Origin: Methanobacteriota archaeon
GTDB taxonomy: Archaea; Thermoplasmatota; Poseidoniia; Poseidoniales; Thalassarchaeaceae
Length of the DNA stretch: 64,000 nucleotides
Reading direction: 5' to 3'
Assembly: GCA_028355015.1 (NCBI GenBank)
Contig: JAOMRN010000005.1
Coordinates: 18,022 to 82,021, forward strand
In this document: piece after piece, positions 61,674 to 64,000 of the stretch
Numbering within the stretch: the first letter of the stretch is position 1
Layout of the letters: each line of letters starts with the position of its first letter
Notes under the pieces: generated by a model
Databases searched by the model: none
Told to the model about the DNA's origin: nothing
The model's input: the letters and a program-made list of their open reading frames with translations, nothing else
Position numbers and translations under genes: made by a program

Positions 61674-62042
61674 TTGCAAGTTGATATACAGAGACTACTT
61701 AGTGACATTATGCAACCAGTAACTGAAGTGAAGCCAATATGCCTTCAATCCGCAGTAAAAAACACCATTGAAATGCTTGGGAAATCTCACGTGTTAGAGA
61801 TTCTCTATTTTCTGTCCAGGAGAGAAGGCCCAGTAAGATTCAATGAACTCAAGCGTGAGTTGTCGATTACTGCAACGACCCTGAGTCGAAGGTTGGACGA
61901 GTTTATTGAATTCGAACTTGTCACAAGAGAAGTTTTTGCTGAAGTTCCAGCACGTGTCGAGTATACATGTTCTATGAAAGGGAAAACACTTCGACCCGTT
62001 CTTCGGGATCTGTTTGAATGGGCTGAAAGTAATAATTCCTAG
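61674..62042 (+). CDS. HxlR-family winged-helix regulator
   Basis: VRFNELK...TATTLSRRL...LVTR.VFAEVPARVEY; start probably ATG 61709. Confidence 0.85.
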   Translation: MQVDIQRLLSDIMQPVTEVKPICLQSAVKNTIEMLGKSHVLEILYFLSRREGPVRFNELKRELSITATTLSRRLDEFIEFELVTREVFAEVPARVEYTCSMKGKTLRPVLRDLFEWAESNNS

Positions 62043-62054
62043 GGTGATTCAGAA

Positions 62055-62312
62055 TTGAAAGTAATATCAAAATTCAAAGTGACCAAAGGTTACGGAGTAT
62101 GGAAAAAAGAATTCGAGTCAAACGAGGCCATGAGGCTAAAAGATAACGTTAGAGTCTTAGCTTATGGTCATGACAACGAAAGTAACGTATACACGGTTGT
62201 CGAAATGAATTCAATTGAGGATAAGCGATTAAATGACCCCAGTATGATTAAATTTAGAGAAAAGGCGGGGGTTGATCACGCCTCGTTGGAAATCATAGCA
62301 TTGATTGAATAA
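62055..62312 (+). CDS. Small hypothetical alpha/beta protein
   Basis: F.VTKGY..WK..F...R...; REKAGV. Confidence 0.55.
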   Translation: MKVISKFKVTKGYGVWKKEFESNEAMRLKDNVRVLAYGHDNESNVYTVVEMNSIEDKRLNDPSMIKFREKAGVDHASLEIIALIE

Positions 62313-62431
62313 TGTTATTGATTAAATCTAAGCAGTCGGTACCCCTTATCACAGAGTTAGATGATAGATTGTCGCATCATTATGGGCAATGCCGCCCAAT
62401 CATTTATTTTCACATTGGTAGCACACATCAC

Positions 62432-63325
62432 ATGAGCAATCAACATGTATCAAATACTGGAGTTTCGGTTATTGGATTAGGAGCCATGGGTTCTGGCATC
62501 GCTCGCACCCTCATCGAAGGAGGCTGCACGGTATCCGTCTGGAATCGAAGCCGTGACAAGGTCGATGCCCTGGTCGCGAGGGGAGCAATCGGCTGCAATG
62601 AACCCAGCGATGCACTGAATGCTAATACTCATGTGATTGTGTGTGTGTCTGACTACGCAGTATGGCAGCGCATAATCCAAGAGAACGGTCTAGCAAGCCA
62701 CTTCGAAGATACCTGCATCATTCAGATGACGACGGGTACAATCGATGATGTGCAGACCCATGCCTCACTAATCCATGACAACGGTGGTCGTCTTATTGAG
62801 GGAGCCGTCATGTGCTACCCCCGTAACCTCGGAACGGAAGATGCAGCACTCCTATTGTCCGGTTCACCCGATGTGCTGGACGAGTGTGCTCCAATCTTGA
62901 GTGCTCTGGATGCAAATTGGACTAGTCTGGGAGAAGATATCAACCAGCCCTCGATTCTGAGTCGGTCATTGATGTCAGGGCTCACAGGGGCCTTGATGGG
63001 TCTGGTCAACGGTGCAGCTATTTGCCGGGCCGGGGGGGTTCCTCTGGACGTATTCATGAAATTCAACGAAGGTACTAATACCATCCTTCTCGCTGAGCAG
63101 AGGCGCCTTATAGAGGCGATTCGCGATGGATGCACCAAGGAGAACGAGGCCTCAATCAAGGCCTGGCGAGAGGGAAACCAGGCACTGAACTCTGTTGCAG
63201 CCTCGTTGGGAACTGACCTCACGCTGCAGAATGCAATCCAAGCGGTATTCCATGAAGGGGGGGAAAGAGGGCTCGACGAGCACGATCTCTCGGCCTTGGT
63301 TGATGTGTTTGATCCCGGCCATTAA
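62432..63325 (+). CDS. NAD(P)-dependent oxidoreductase (beta-hydroxyacid DH / imine-reductase-like)
   Basis: VSVIGLGAMGS, VWNRSR, VCVSDY; visibly GC-richer than flanks. Confidence 0.8.
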   Translation: MSNQHVSNTGVSVIGLGAMGSGIARTLIEGGCTVSVWNRSRDKVDALVARGAIGCNEPSDALNANTHVIVCVSDYAVWQRIIQENGLASHFEDTCIIQMTTGTIDDVQTHASLIHDNGGRLIEGAVMCYPRNLGTEDAALLLSGSPDVLDECAPILSALDANWTSLGEDINQPSILSRSLMSGLTGALMGLVNGAAICRAGGVPLDVFMKFNEGTNTILLAEQRRLIEAIRDGCTKENEASIKAWREGNQALNSVAASLGTDLTLQNAIQAVFHEGGERGLDEHDLSALVDVFDPGH

Positions 63326-63340
63326 CGGCTTCACAGCGTA

Positions 63341-63409
63341 TATGGGTTAGCAGTCAACCCTTTCAGAGGCTAGTCTTTGATATGGCCCACTGATAACTCA
63401 TTAATTCAG
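63341..63409. repeat. Double-arm site around CTAG (TA 63371-72)
   Basis: - arm rc CTAGCCTCTGAAAGGGTTGACTGCTAACCCAT; + arm GCTAGTCTTTGATATGGCCCACTGATAACTCATTAATTCAG (gap-free alignment to the 41-nt consensus). Confidence 0.85.
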
Positions 63410-63460
63410 TTTTGGTACTCTATTATTAATATTGAAATCTTGAAGATTCAGATTAATTAA

Positions 63461-64000
63461 TTACTCATGTCCATATGGAGAATACATTCCATTCATTAGT
63501 GTCATCAACTTATTGGGTACTGGTGCTAAATATACTCTCCCTGTACCTCGAATTACGTTAACAAAACCTTCTCCACCAGCGATCTTTGAAAGAGCACTCT
63601 TACCCAACATTTGGGTAGTAAATTGTAAAGATGCATCTCTTGCAACAGCGAAACTTCCATCTACAGTAAGAGTATCGTTCTCCAGATGAATTACCTGTAA
63701 AGGACCATGTGAATGTACGACAACATTACCTTTTCCTTTAACTGATGTTTGATAAAATCCTTCCCCCCCTGCAAGCATAGACATACCCTTGTTTCGGAAT
63801 ATACCTACTTCAATATCTATATCTGAACAAATGTAAGCTCCCTGATCGAGAATCATCTCACCTTCAACTTCTAGAATATGATATTCACCCAGTGTTGGAG
63901 GTCCAAAATATACCTCTCCAATACCTTTGTATGTTGGTCTGAATATATCTTCTCCAGAAACCATAGATTTCAGAAATCCACCAACACTTGGCGCTTTAGT
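63461..64000 (-). CDS. AIM24/TIGR00266 family protein (5' part outside window)
   Basis: GGEGF.Q...G.G.V, LTVDGSFAVA, GGEGFVNVIRGTGRV. Confidence 0.75.
   Translation of the reverse strand, partial: TKAPSVGGFLKSMVSGEDIFRPTYKGIGEVYFGPPTLGEYHILEVEGEMILDQGAYICSDIDIEVGIFRNKGMSMLAGGEGFYQTSVKGKGNVVVHSHGPLQVIHLENDTLTVDGSFAVARDASLQFTTQMLGKSALSKIAGGEGFVNVIRGTGRVYLAPVPNKLMTLMNGMYSPYGHE

Noticed and set aside
38801-63409. Arm repeats as a CRISPR array
   Set aside because: Copies are kb apart, in both orientations and degenerate; no constant-length spacers and no cas genes.
38801-63409. Arm repeats as classical integron attC sites
   Set aside because: No RYYYAAC...GTTRRRY boxes, not co-oriented with genes, no intI in the window.

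Overview
AT-rich window that looks like a marine euryarchaeal chromosome, most likely Marine Group II/Poseidoniales. This is inferred from the archaeal SRP RNA, geranylgeranyl reductase, archaeal-type ValRS, and PKD/ELWxxDGT/S8/M14 surface proteins. Positions 1-38.8 kb hold housekeeping genes (pepP, mqnC, GGR, topA, pyrD, ccmE, SRP RNA, valS), a nickel-SOD/metal-homeostasis cluster (sodN-sodX-nikR-like, His-rich ABC metal importer, DtxR, permease) and lipid/hydrocarbon genes (OleC-like, alkB). From 38.8 kb to the end is a mosaic accessory region: type I R-M, GHKL-nuclease, GIY-YIG-like, fascin-domain protein, HxlR/oxidoreductase units and small membrane proteins. Its intergenic spaces carry a family of ~80-bp 'arm' repeats that start at a TA dinucleotide, plus short GGG-NN-CCC palindromes. 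They occur as arm-cTAg-arm, GG-TA-g-arm and GG-TA-CC, the pattern expected of attP-, attL/R- and attB-like sites (or TA-targeting element ends) in a gene-cassette shuffling system. No recombinase or transposase is recognisable in the window, so the mechanism is inference.
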